Shown piece by piece: positions 1-8,936 of a DNA stretch of 64,000 nucleotides. The number at the start of each line of letters is the position of its first letter. The stretch's first letter is position 1. This stretch comes from Bacteriovoracia bacterium (lineage in GTDB: Bacteria; Bdellovibrionota; UBA1018; JBFWNL01): assembly GCA_050251055.1 (NCBI GenBank), contig JBFWNL010000006.1:5460-69459 (forward strand), read 5' to 3'. Made by a program: the position numbers and the translations under genes. The notes beneath the pieces are model-generated. The model did no database searches and had not been told where the DNA came from. It worked only from the letters and a program-made list of their open reading frames with translations.

Positions 1-149
1 CGTATCGGGCACGCCACTTTTGCGTGACGCAAATGTGGCCGGGCCACAGCGTGTCCCCAGTGGGGACCGCTTGGGCAGGAGCCCAAGCGAGCGAGGACCG
101 CCCCTGCAAAGCGCGCCAGCGCCCCCGAAATAAAGTTCATCACCAAAAA

Positions 150-340
150 CCGCGACCACGCCAGTGGGAGCCCGCCAGCGAAGCAAAGCGGAAAAGCGAT
201 CCGCGAAGCGGGAGCAAAGAAGAGAGCAAACGTCCCCCAAAAGAAAAAGAGGCGACCTGCGAAGCAGGAGCCCGAAGCCAAAAGCCCCAAAAAAAGCGCC
301 CTGCGAAGCAGGAGCAAAACCAAAAATACTCCCCCCTCGA
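150..340 (+). repeat. Imperfect tandem repeats of a GCGAAGC(A/G)GGAGC-type unit in a strongly C/A-rich tract. If the tract is coding, it gives the Lys/Pro/Glu-rich low-complexity ORF 24..422.
   Basis: At least four copies are visible by eye: cagcgaagcaaagcgg, ccgcgaagcgggagc, ctgcgaagcaggagcc, ctgcgaagcaggagcaaaacc. The tract has extreme strand composition bias. The overlapping ORF starts with GTG at 24 and stays open to the window edge. Confidence 0.4.
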
Positions 341-418
341 TAAACCACCCAACGTCAAAAATCCGTCACCCGGCCCCCACCCCTCCAGCCCCCCACCCAA
401 ACAACCGAAAAGCCAAGC

Positions 419-1336
419 GTGATCCTCCGCGCCTTAGTCATCCTTTCTCTCCCCGCGCTCGCTGCGTACGCCCAGGCGGACCCGCCGACGCTCGAAGAGC
501 AGCTGGAAATCATTTTTAAGCAGTCCGAGCTGTTGCCCGTGCTCGCGGGCGTGAAGCCCATCAGTACGATCGAGCTCCCCATCTACGCGACCGCGGAACC
601 CGCGTCGCAGGACGCGGCTTTTCAATTCACCCAGCTGGATCTCACCGATCCGATCGACCGCCAGCGGTTTTCCGCCAGCAACGAAAAGTACGCCGCCCAC
701 GTGCGGGCGTTTTACGCGCGCCTAGCCGAGGCCCAGCAGAACGGGCCGCTCCGAAATCCCGAGGTGGAATTCATCTACTTCCTGGAGCACAACGGGCTAA
801 AGCCCAACGTCGCCGTGGTGAACCGCTCGGCCTTGCAGCGATTGCTTGAGGATCCGGCGGCCATGAAGGTGCTGGCCGAATATGGGGACAGAACGCCGAA
901 AACCGTCGACGAGGCGTTAAAGATGTTCCGACAGGCGGCAGATTCGGGTGGATTTTATCGAGGACCGGCCAGCGCTCAGGCAATGGTTGGGATCCTATTG
1001 GGTTACCCGCCGGCGGACGTTCGCTTGTATGCGCAAGAAGTCAGTAGCAACGCGAAAAATTCCTTTCCCCGCTTGGCGCATCCGTCTGGGAAGTCGGGTT
1101 TCGGTCCGCGCGATTCCGAGGCTTACCTGGGAAGTTTCGCGAATCTTACGCGGGAGAACTCCGCCGATAAGGCCTTGCTGCACGAATCGGGCAGCCGGGC
1201 GTTGGCGCATTTCAAGCGGCTACGCGGCCAGGGACAATCTTACGTGCAAATCTTCAACCGAGGTCCTGAAATGCGAACGGAATTGAACTCGATCTTCCGG
1301 TCGCAGTGCGTGCGAAGTCGCCTGGGCTCGCCTTGA
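419..1336 (+). CDS. Secreted hypothetical protein with an N-terminal signal peptide
   Basis: The N-terminus MILRALVILSLPALAAYAQA has a hydrophobic core followed by AYA-QA, a likely signal peptidase I site. There are no recognisable catalytic motifs. ORF length and codon usage fit the local GC. Confidence 0.55.
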   Translation: MILRALVILSLPALAAYAQADPPTLEEQLEIIFKQSELLPVLAGVKPISTIELPIYATAEPASQDAAFQFTQLDLTDPIDRQRFSASNEKYAAHVRAFYARLAEAQQNGPLRNPEVEFIYFLEHNGLKPNVAVVNRSALQRLLEDPAAMKVLAEYGDRTPKTVDEALKMFRQAADSGGFYRGPASAQAMVGILLGYPPADVRLYAQEVSSNAKNSFPRLAHPSGKSGFGPRDSEAYLGSFANLTRENSADKALLHESGSRALAHFKRLRGQGQSYVQIFNRGPEMRTELNSIFRSQCVRSRLGSP

Positions 1337-1867
1337 TCAGGGTTTTTCGACGATACCCTTGAGCTTAGTCAGGCCTTTTTCGAACATCCCGCCCACCATC
1401 TTGTCCATATCCATGAACACGCACATGATTCGGCCCATGAACGAGTTCTTTCCCCGCACGAGCCACGTCACGGTCGTTTCGCCGCCCGAAGTCTTCACCA
1501 GGTATTCCGCGTCTTGGGTCATCTGAAAGGGTTTTTGGTAGTCGAGCTTGATCGCGACTTTTTGGTTCGGAATGCTTTCGACGATCGTGGCGCTGCCCGT
1601 GCCCAGCTTTTCTCCGCCGTCCCAGCTCGTACGTGAGCCCACCCCGGCATCCGGTCCCGTGTACGTCATCGAAGCCTGGGGATCTTCCTCCTGCCAGGGG
1701 CTCCAGGCACCGGCTAACTTGGAGTTGTTGAGATAGGGAAAAACCTTATCCACGGGAGCCTGCATCGTCATCTCGCGCGAGATCACGTAGTCCGCCGGTT
1801 GCAACGCGACGTAACCCAAGAACAAAACTAAAACCGCGATTAATCCGAAGGCGATCTTTTTTCCCAT
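1337..1867 (-). CDS. Membrane-anchored SRPBCC-like protein (polyketide cyclase / AHSA1-like fold)
   Basis: There is an N-terminal TM segment (KIAFGLIAVLVLFLGYVAL). It is followed by a ~150 aa region resembling the SRPBCC START/Bet v1 fold. The ORF is 176 aa. Confidence 0.5.
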   Translation of the reverse strand: MGKKIAFGLIAVLVLFLGYVALQPADYVISREMTMQAPVDKVFPYLNNSKLAGAWSPWQEEDPQASMTYTGPDAGVGSRTSWDGGEKLGTGSATIVESIPNQKVAIKLDYQKPFQMTQDAEYLVKTSGGETTVTWLVRGKNSFMGRIMCVFMDMDKMVGGMFEKGLTKLKGIVEKP

Positions 1868-1967
1868 TTTCTCTCCCTGTGTTTTTTCCCATTATACTTG
1901 AAATTCCAGGTTTCGCTTGGGCAATTTCCGGGGAAGAGAAAAACCATCCGTAAAGAGGGAGCGTGCT

Positions 1968-2453
1968 TCACGCCGCGCGTAGGCGTGGGCGATGTTTGCG
2001 AGTGGCGTAGGAACCCGCTAATTCGGCTTTGGCCAGTACGTGACTTTCCATCCGTTCCGCCACTACGCCGGGATCCAGGCCCGCCGGAAGCGCGAGATTC
2101 GCATCGAGCGCGTATAAGGTAAAAACGTAGTGATGAGAGCCTCCTCCTAGGGGTGGCTGCGGACCGCGATAACCCACCCGACCGAACGAATTCACGCCTT
2201 GGTCGGCTTGGATCGGTGATTCAAGATGTAAAAAGGTGGGAATGTCGGCCGGCAACGACTTAATCGCCGGGGAAATATTGTAAATGATCCAGTGATTGAA
2301 AGCCTGATCGGTGTCCTCGCAGGTTAAGACCAAGCTGCGACAGCCTTCGGGCAGATCGGACCACTCGAGGCGGGGAGAGATGTTTTCGGCGTCGGAAGTC
2401 ACGTGGTTCGGGAGCTCGTATCCGTCGTTGAATTCTGGGCTGGTGAGTTTCAT
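1968..2453 (-). CDS. YbhB/YbcL family (PEBP / Raf kinase inhibitor-like) protein
   Basis: The motif GYRGPQPPLGGGSHHYVFTLYALD is the classic PEBP signature (GPxPP...HRY.F.LYAL). I chose the MKLTSPEFNDG start because the longer ORF to 2567 has an implausible N-terminus. Confidence 0.8.
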   Translation of the reverse strand: MKLTSPEFNDGYELPNHVTSDAENISPRLEWSDLPEGCRSLVLTCEDTDQAFNHWIIYNISPAIKSLPADIPTFLHLESPIQADQGVNSFGRVGYRGPQPPLGGGSHHYVFTLYALDANLALPAGLDPGVVAERMESHVLAKAELAGSYATRKHRPRLRAA

Positions 2454-2582
2454 TTCTAGTCTCCTTGGAAAGGGCGTATCTGTCCTTTTGTTTTCAAAAA
2501 TTGTCCCAAACTTTCCCGGAAAACGGGGGTGATGGGATCCCGATGCGTGCGGGGAGGAAATCTGCAACTCGGGTGCCAGAAA

Positions 2583-2613
2583 ATGAAAAGGCCCCGGATC
2601 CGCACCCGGGGCC
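2583..2613 (-). terminator. Rho-independent terminator (GC hairpin plus T-run on the minus strand) downstream of the 2645..3727 gene
   Basis: ggccccgg (2590-2597) is separated by an 8 nt loop from ccggggcc (2606-2613). The minus strand carries a ttttcatttt run after the stem. Confidence 0.5.
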
Positions 2614-2644
2614 TTCCCAATAAAAACAGATTGATTCAGGGCGA

Positions 2645-3727
2645 CTATTCGGCGCCGTTCATGACCATGCTCGTGATGGCCCCGGCGTCGTCATGGACCT
2701 GTCCGAGGTATTCCGAAATCGCCTTGGCCAGGCGATCCGAGACGTTGCTCATGTTCGGTGGCGATTTTTTGCTGATGAAGAACTTCGCGATGTCCGAAAA
2801 GATGTTCTTGCTCTTGCGGACGCCGATCAGGCGCTCGACGTCGGCCAGCAGCTGGCGGCCGCGCTCTGATTCGCGCGAATAGAGGGTGATAAACTCGCCC
2901 ATCTTCTCGAAATCGCGGCGGGTCAGGTTGATGCCGCTGCGGTTCGGATCGTTCTTGCTCCACTGCCAGTACTCACGCATGCGGGCCTGGCGTTTGTCTT
3001 TTCCGGCGCGGTTCTCCGGTTGTTTGTAGGCTTTCAAGCTCTGGTCGTACACCTGGCTGGTGAACTTGCCTTCATAGAACATGCGGTGATCGCTTTGGCC
3101 GCCGTGGAACGCACCGATTAAGGTGACTTGCAGGAGAGCGTCGTCCCACTTGAAGGAACCGAGATTTCCCACCAGGTGACGTTTCTCTTCCGCCGCGTAG
3201 ACGGAGATGAAGTCGGTAGCGACCACTTGGGTGAAGTCGTTCAGGTTGCGGTACCCCGAGGTATCGCAGTTGGCGATGACCTTGATAATGGCCGCGTAAA
3301 ACTCCTTGAGTTCGTCTGGATTGCCGTGGATGACCTTATCAAGGAAGTCGAGATACTCTTTATCGGAAGGGTCGTTGACTTTGCCGCCGGGCCCGAGGCT
3401 GTAGCTGCGGCCGCCCATTTCGCTATCTTTCGGATAGTTCACGTGCCAGGTGCTGTTCTCACGGTTCAGGCGAATGGTCACGCAGCGTCCCTTGTCCAAG
3501 GCCTCTTGGTTGCCCAAACGGCCACGGTTGCCGTCGGCCACGCGATCCATGGCGGGTTGGACTTCATCTTTCATCAACTCCAGGAAGGTTTTCTTCCCGG
3601 TGTAACTGCCGAGTTCGAACCCTTCCACGCAGCTAAAACGATCGCCGGGTAGAGTGCCGGCGAACGCGGTCGACATCCAGGCGCCGGCCGCGGCCAGCGC
3701 AAAAACAGAAAACTTCTTCTGAAACAT
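2645..3727 (-). CDS. Secreted hypothetical protein (360 aa)
   Basis: The start at MFQKKFSVFALAAAGAWMSTAFAG is a typical Sec signal. The longer ORF to 3847 has a non-protein-like N-terminus. I recognised no catalytic motifs. Confidence 0.55.
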   Translation of the reverse strand: MFQKKFSVFALAAAGAWMSTAFAGTLPGDRFSCVEGFELGSYTGKKTFLELMKDEVQPAMDRVADGNRGRLGNQEALDKGRCVTIRLNRENSTWHVNYPKDSEMGGRSYSLGPGGKVNDPSDKEYLDFLDKVIHGNPDELKEFYAAIIKVIANCDTSGYRNLNDFTQVVATDFISVYAAEEKRHLVGNLGSFKWDDALLQVTLIGAFHGGQSDHRMFYEGKFTSQVYDQSLKAYKQPENRAGKDKRQARMREYWQWSKNDPNRSGINLTRRDFEKMGEFITLYSRESERGRQLLADVERLIGVRKSKNIFSDIAKFFISKKSPPNMSNVSDRLAKAISEYLGQVHDDAGAITSMVMNGAE

Positions 3728-3874
3728 TGAAATACCCTTTCCTAACGGTTTAACCCTTAAATCTAACGGCGGTATAACGCGTAAGGTCAACCAAATCAAC
3801 TCGCCGCATAAATATAAATGACAGGATTTGCTGACGTATTGCGTCAAAAATGTCAGCTTTTGGAAACTAAAGGG

Positions 3875-4603
3875 TTATTTAGACCGCTTGGCGGGTTGTA
3901 TCGCCAGGTACCGCTTCCGCTTTATTTCCGGCATCCGTTCGATCGCGTACCGAAGCATCGTGCGTGGCATGCGCGGCCCGTGCTTGCGCAAGAACTGCTC
4001 GAGCACGGCTTCGTTACGTTTGCCTACTTCCCGTAGCATCCAGCCGCAGGCTTTGTGCAGTAGATCCTCTTCGTCGTCGAGCAGGGCTTCGCAGATCTCC
4101 AGGCACTTCCGGAAGTCGCGCTGGCGAATGGAGTAGAAAGTCGAGACGATGGCGATGCGCCGATCCCACAGCGTGGGGGACTTCGCCAGGCGATCCAAGA
4201 CGGACGCATCCTTGCCGTGCAGATGCTCGCCCAGGATGTAGGGCGCGGAGGCGTCGACCAGGTTCCAGTTGTTCACCCGTCGCTTATGCTTAAGATAAAG
4301 CTGCGCGATGCGAGCACGTTGCGTGGGCGTACCGCGCTGATAGCTGTCCACCCAAAGCAAGAGCGCGAGCAGTCGATCTTCGTTGACCGGTGAAGAGAGG
4401 ATTTTTACCGCGTCATCGGGAGGAGTGCCGCGGAAGCGTTTGACGACGGCGCGAACCTGCGGAACCACCACGCCGATAAACCGATCTCCCTCGCCATACT
4501 GACCGGGACCGGTTTTAAAGAACCACTCCAAAACATCTTTTTTCTCGGGCTTCGCGTACTCGCGCAAGGCGGTCTGGGCGGGATGGAGCTTCATGGCTGG
4601 CAT
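3875..4603 (-). CDS. DNA alkylation repair enzyme (AlkD/AlkC-like HEAT-repeat glycosylase family)
   Basis: The protein is about 240 aa and the helical-repeat protein resembles the DNA_alkylation family. I chose the start at MPAMKLHPAQ; the ORF's upstream extension is Arg/Gly-rich and unlikely to be translated. Confidence 0.6.
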   Translation of the reverse strand: MPAMKLHPAQTALREYAKPEKKDVLEWFFKTGPGQYGEGDRFIGVVVPQVRAVVKRFRGTPPDDAVKILSSPVNEDRLLALLLWVDSYQRGTPTQRARIAQLYLKHKRRVNNWNLVDASAPYILGEHLHGKDASVLDRLAKSPTLWDRRIAIVSTFYSIRQRDFRKCLEICEALLDDEEDLLHKACGWMLREVGKRNEAVLEQFLRKHGPRMPRTMLRYAIERMPEIKRKRYLAIQPAKRSK

Positions 4604-4647
4604 TAAAACAGAGTGGCGCGGGGTTGAAAAGTTGGTAAAAGATCCAA

Positions 4648-5091
4648 GTGAGTGAAGTAAGGAATATCTTCGTGCCGCCGGGAGGCCCCCCCCAAGGGCC
4701 CTGGCCAAGCCCCGAGCTTTATCAGGCGATGGGGGAAGAAAATATTTTTAAGATGTTAGAGGATTTTTACCTAGAGCTGGACCGGTCCTCCATTCGGGAG
4801 CTTTTCCCACCGGGTACGGACGCGATGCGCGAAGCGTCTAAGAAGTCGGCTGCTTTCTTCGTGGGCCTCATGGGAGGGCCACCGCTTTTTCACCAGCGTT
4901 ACGGCGACCCGATGATGCGTAGGCGCCATTTCCGGTTTAAAATCGACGTGAAGGCCCGAAATGTGTGGCTCGAATGCTTCGAGCGCGTGCTCGTGGACGC
5001 GGAAACGAAATACGCTTTTCCGCCGGAACACCTGCCGGACTTTCGGAAATTTCTCGACGGATTTTCCATGTGGATGGTGAACGCGGAGTGA
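4648..5091 (+). CDS. glbO: Group II truncated hemoglobin (trHbO/GlbO-like)
   Basis: The segment LMGGPPLFHQRYGDPMMRRRHFRFKIDVKARNVWLECF matches the trHbO core (YWGGP...HPRLRMRHAPFRI...WLRCM), including the proximal His. Confidence 0.75.
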   Translation: MSEVRNIFVPPGGPPQGPWPSPELYQAMGEENIFKMLEDFYLELDRSSIRELFPPGTDAMREASKKSAAFFVGLMGGPPLFHQRYGDPMMRRRHFRFKIDVKARNVWLECFERVLVDAETKYAFPPEHLPDFRKFLDGFSMWMVNAE

Positions 5092-5098
5092 AGAAAAC

Positions 5099-5956
5099 TT
5101 GAAACAGTACAGTTCTCGATTACTCAAGGCGGTGGCATGCGTGTTCATGTTCTTCCCCCTGCTTTATCCCGCCTTCATCGCCGTATTTTTCGATATTCCC
5201 GTTGGGAAGCTCGTAACCGTTTTGCTTTCGCCGGTTTTTTATCTACTGAGCGCGGTAGTGGTCGCCGCCGGTTACGGGCTTTGGGAGATGCATCGTTGGG
5301 GCTGGTACGTGTTCCTCTTCGCCAGCGGCTTGATCGTTTACGAGAACGCGGTCATGGTCACCAATTACGGGGAAACGCACCACAAGGTGGTTTCGTTCGT
5401 GCTATCCGTCCTGCCGCTCATTCTCCTGGTATACCGCATCTACCGCGAGATCTTCGTGCCCTACTTCATGCCGCGCATCCGCTGGTGGGAGAGTAACACT
5501 AAATATCGCATCTACATTCCGGTGCAGATGAAGCTCGAGGATGGATCCCAGCTAGACGGACGTATCCTGGACCTTTCGCTCAAGGGATGCTTCATCAAGT
5601 TGCCGATGCAGATCCGTGCGAACGCTCCGGTCAACCTCACCTTCAAAGTCTTTGGCCAGGATATCGAATGTTACGGACGCGCGGTTTGGATTACCTCGAG
5701 CACGGTGACGCTCCCGCGCGGCGCGGGCGTTAAGTTTTTCAAGCTGCCCCGTCCGGTAAAGGCGCGGTTGAAAACCGTGGCCGCGCGGCTGCATAAGCTG
5801 TCGAACCTTTACCGACGCGAGCGAAATCAAGATCAGCAAAAAGAGTTTCTCCAGCTCCTGGACGAACTTCAGTACGCGCCGAGCACGACTAAGGCCGAAG
5901 CGAAATCGGAAACCAAGCCCGATTCGAAAGACGACGTGTCGTCGGGGCAATCATGA
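5099..5956 (+). CDS. Integral membrane protein with a C-terminal PilZ-like domain
   Basis: Four predicted TM helices precede a domain carrying DLSLKG (the D-x-S-x-x-G motif) with RIR...R upstream. The ORF is 285 aa. Confidence 0.55.
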   Translation: MKQYSSRLLKAVACVFMFFPLLYPAFIAVFFDIPVGKLVTVLLSPVFYLLSAVVVAAGYGLWEMHRWGWYVFLFASGLIVYENAVMVTNYGETHHKVVSFVLSVLPLILLVYRIYREIFVPYFMPRIRWWESNTKYRIYIPVQMKLEDGSQLDGRILDLSLKGCFIKLPMQIRANAPVNLTFKVFGQDIECYGRAVWITSSTVTLPRGAGVKFFKLPRPVKARLKTVAARLHKLSNLYRRERNQDQQKEFLQLLDELQYAPSTTKAEAKSETKPDSKDDVSSGQS

Positions 5957-6408
5957 CCGATTCGGATTCAGGCCTAAGTTACATGGAGCAGGCCCTGGAA
6001 CTCGCCGGCCGGGCGGCGAACGAGGACGAAGTACCCGTGGGCGCGGTGGTTGTGCACGAAGGGAAAGTGATCGGCACCGGTTATAACTTGCGCGAGACCC
6101 GACAGGATCCCACGGCCCATGCCGAGGTGATCGCGCTCCAAGCCGCCGCGACGGCGATCGGAAGTTGGCGATTGATCGATTGCGATCTTTACGTGACGTT
6201 GGAGCCCTGTGTGATGTGCCTGGGCGCGTGCAGCCTCGGGCGCGTGCGCAAAGTCATTTATGCCGCGCAGGACCCCAAGGGTGGGGCGATTTCCCTCGGG
6301 TATTCGATCCCGGGTGACGTACGGCTCAACCATCGTTTCGAAGTGGATTACCAGCCGCATCCGCGCGCGCGCGAATTACTGCAGGATTTTTTCCGTAAAA
6401 GACGGTAG
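5953..6408 (+). CDS. tadA: tRNA-specific adenosine deaminase TadA
   Basis: It carries HAEVIAL and PCVMCLGA, the zinc-binding CDA-fold motifs (HAE...PCxxC), is 151 aa, and overlaps the upstream gene by ATGA. Confidence 0.85.
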   Translation: MTDSDSGLSYMEQALELAGRAANEDEVPVGAVVVHEGKVIGTGYNLRETRQDPTAHAEVIALQAAATAIGSWRLIDCDLYVTLEPCVMCLGACSLGRVRKVIYAAQDPKGGAISLGYSIPGDVRLNHRFEVDYQPHPRARELLQDFFRKRR

Positions 6409-6417
6409 TCTTCGGGC

Positions 6418-6870
6418 ATGGCACTCGCGCTTCGTTTTTCGGCCCTTTCCCTGGCGGCTTCCGTCGATCAACAAACCGGCAATCTTTCGGTCTTCGAGGT
6501 ATTGGAAGAAATTCGCACACCCCAGATTCCCATCCATATCCAGACGCTCGTGATCAGCCTGGCGCTGGAAAATACCCAGCCTGAAAACTTCCAGGGAAAA
6601 GTATTCATTCATCACCTTACTCCGGATGGAAAGCAGCATAAGATCGGTTCGGGGGACTTGAATGTCCCGGACGCTCAACGCCGGATCAAGGCCGTGTTCC
6701 GTTTCGGCGCCTTTCCGATCACGGCGTTCGGCGCGCACCGGATCGTGGTTTCCTGGCTGGACGCATCGAACACGAAACAGGGAGAGGCGATTTTTGACTT
6801 CGAAGTGATCCAGGCCGCGCAAGTGGCGCCGAAGGCCACACCTTCCGATAAGCCGAATGTTACTCACTAA
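6418..6870 (+). CDS. Hypothetical cytoplasmic protein (150 aa)
   Basis: An ORF lying between tadA and the permease-like gene, overlapping the latter by 14 bp. I recognised no motif. Confidence 0.45.
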   Translation: MALALRFSALSLAASVDQQTGNLSVFEVLEEIRTPQIPIHIQTLVISLALENTQPENFQGKVFIHHLTPDGKQHKIGSGDLNVPDAQRRIKAVFRFGAFPITAFGAHRIVVSWLDASNTKQGEAIFDFEVIQAAQVAPKATPSDKPNVTH

Positions 6871-7651
6871 CGCCCTTCGCTGGTTCCGCGAGAACTTACT
6901 GCGGTGGCTCGTGCTCGGTTCGATTTACGCCGTCACCTTGGGGGTTGTGCTCCAGCCTTTTCTCGAAAAGATCTTGGAAACGCGGGTCTCCGTCGCGAGG
7001 TTGGGCGCGATCGTGCTCGGGCTGATTGGCGCGGCCACGCTTTTGGAACGCGTGCGCGGCTATTTCGGCTTTTTTTCCGCTCCGCTGCGCTGCTCCTCCT
7101 TGGCGCGGCTGTATCTCGCGCATCAGTTTCGCCGTATCAATCCTTGGTTGACGGTCGTGATCGCTGGGGCGTCGGTTATGCTCTTTCCCGAGGGACATGA
7201 ACGTGCTTGGGCATTCGCGGTCCAAATCCTCGTGCAACGCGAGCTCATGAGCGTGCAGCGCTGGAGGAATCTCGTGCATTTCGCCGGCACGGCGGACGGT
7301 CCGGGCGGCATGTTGGAGGGTTTGTGGGTTTCCCAAGGTTGGCAAGCGGCGGCGGCTTGGATGCTGGCCGCTATCTGCGGATTGGGTTTCGGCGTGGATA
7401 GCTGGGAGATTGCGGCCGCGGCGTTGGGCGGGGCGATGGCGGGAATTTCGGTGGCTTGGGAAGGCGACGCCGGTCGGCCGGGATTGGTGAACTTTATCTC
7501 GCTCGCCGCGGGCTGCCTGGCCACCGCCGTTTGCCTGGGATCGCCCTGGGCGTTACTCGCGGTCGCGTATTTCGCCGCCAAGTGCCGGGGCCTGGCCGCC
7601 AACCGATTTAAAAGCGTGGACTCATTTCATGAAGACTTCGTCATCCCATAA
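6857..7651 (+). CDS. Polytopic membrane protein, possibly an ABC-2-type permease partner
   Basis: A 264 aa ORF with several hydrophobic helices, overlapping the downstream ABC ATPase gene by 23 bp. Confidence 0.45.
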   Translation: MLLTNALRWFRENLLRWLVLGSIYAVTLGVVLQPFLEKILETRVSVARLGAIVLGLIGAATLLERVRGYFGFFSAPLRCSSLARLYLAHQFRRINPWLTVVIAGASVMLFPEGHERAWAFAVQILVQRELMSVQRWRNLVHFAGTADGPGGMLEGLWVSQGWQAAAAWMLAAICGLGFGVDSWEIAAAALGGAMAGISVAWEGDAGRPGLVNFISLAAGCLATAVCLGSPWALLAVAYFAAKCRGLAANRFKSVDSFHEDFVIP

Positions 7652-8336
7652 CATCACTTTTCATGACTGGCAGGTAGGCTACGTGGCCGGGCGCGCGCTG
7701 ATTCGCATGAACTCCGTCACGGGCTCGCCCAGCTTCGGGCCCGGAATTCACGGTATGGTGGCCCCGAATGGAATCGGCAAGACGAGCTTCTTGCAAACCC
7801 TGGCGGGCGTGCTGAGCCCACTTGCGGGGTGGGTAGAGTGGGACGGAAAGAAGCTCAATCCGGGAGCGAACGTGCTCTATTTTTCCGAATACCTCAGCTT
7901 CCCGAAATACATCTATCCCACCGAGTGGATCGAGTTCGTTTCGGGAAAAAAGTGGGACGACCGCCTGCAACCCTGGGTGGATAAGTTTCGCCTCACGAAT
8001 CGGATGCAGGTTTTCCTGGGACAGATGAGTCACGGCGAGCGGCGGAAGGTGAATTGGCTCGCGGCTCTCGCGTCGCCTAAACCCATTGTTTTGCTCGATG
8101 AGCCCTTTAATGGCTTGGACCTGCTCGCCTTTGCGTCCGCCCGCGAGGCGATCACACGGTTTCGCGAAGAGGGCCGGATCGTGCTCCTGGTAAGCCACCA
8201 AATCATCGATATGGCGGGTGCCTGTGACGCGATCTACGTCACCCGCGGCGAGGCGTGGCAGCTTTGGCCCGCGCAGAAAGACATCGCCGATCCGACGGCT
8301 TTGCGTGCCGGGCTGCTCGAGTTCTATCGGCAGTAG
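7629..8336 (+). CDS. ABC transporter ATP-binding protein
   Basis: It has a Walker A (GMVAPNGIGKTS), a Q-loop, a signature-like region (MSHGERRKV) and a Walker B (LLDEPFNGLD). Confidence 0.8.
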   Translation: MKTSSSHNITFHDWQVGYVAGRALIRMNSVTGSPSFGPGIHGMVAPNGIGKTSFLQTLAGVLSPLAGWVEWDGKKLNPGANVLYFSEYLSFPKYIYPTEWIEFVSGKKWDDRLQPWVDKFRLTNRMQVFLGQMSHGERRKVNWLAALASPKPIVLLDEPFNGLDLLAFASAREAITRFREEGRIVLLVSHQIIDMAGACDAIYVTRGEAWQLWPAQKDIADPTALRAGLLEFYRQ

Positions 8337-8414
8337 GCGAACGAGAGATTGCACGAATCCCGCCATTTAATTGACATGTAAAAGTTCCGTCCGGGGTTTA
8401 CCGATAGGAGTGAC

Positions 8415-8936
8415 ATGGAATTATCCCCGCGCTACGCGCGTTTTGTCAGCTATATCGTCGATAACCTGCTCATCCAGCTCGTGGCCCTCGCCGGAGCGGC
8501 GGTAGGTGGATTGATCGCGACCTTAGTCGTGCAAACCCGAAATTTTCCGCCGGACACGGTGGCTAGCGCCGTGAACGCCGGCCGGGTGATGGGTGGATTG
8601 TTCTGGGGGTTCGCGGCTTGGATTTTAAACTGCGTGGTGCTTCAAGGACTGACCGGCGCGAGCGTCGGTAAGCAGGTGTTCGGTTTGCGGGTGCAAGGAG
8701 CAATGGGCGAGACCCCGAGCTTCGGAAAGATGGCGGGCCGGGCGATCGCGCAAGCGATCATGAGCACGCCCTATTTCGTGCTCTCGCATCTGGTGATTTT
8801 CTTCACGAAAAACAAGCAAGGGCTGCATGATTTGATGTGCGGCACCGTTGTCGTGCGCCGGCCGGTCGCGAAGGTCATCCCGCTGCTTGCGCCTGCCGCA
8901 GTTTCCTCGGCGGATGCCGAAAGAAAAGCCGCTTAG
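8415..8936 (+). CDS. RDD family membrane protein
   Basis: It has an N-terminal RxxxxxxYxxD pattern, two hydrophobic segments and a C-terminal GLHDLMCGTVVVRR typical of RDD. Confidence 0.55.
   Translation: MELSPRYARFVSYIVDNLLIQLVALAGAAVGGLIATLVVQTRNFPPDTVASAVNAGRVMGGLFWGFAAWILNCVVLQGLTGASVGKQVFGLRVQGAMGETPSFGKMAGRAIAQAIMSTPYFVLSHLVIFFTKNKQGLHDLMCGTVVVRRPVAKVIPLLAPAAVSSADAERKAA

Noticed and set aside
140-582. Minus-strand ORFs 140..400 and 355..582 overlapping the repeat tract and the start of the 419..1336 gene
   Set aside because: They are Gly/Trp/Arg-rich translations of the complement of a C/A-rich tract with no start context. They are spurious, as expected from strand composition bias.
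3128-3652. 174 aa plus-strand ORF antisense to the secreted-protein gene 2645..3727
   Set aside because: It lies entirely inside a better-supported opposite-strand CDS and has a Val/Gly/Ala-rich, high-GC antisense composition with no motif.
3760-3875. Short palindromic element tgacgtattgcgtca in the spacer between the secreted-protein gene and the AlkD-like gene
   Set aside because: It has only 4-5 bp arms and no flanking T-run, so it could be a weak operator but is too short to call. It is noted but not reported as a feature.
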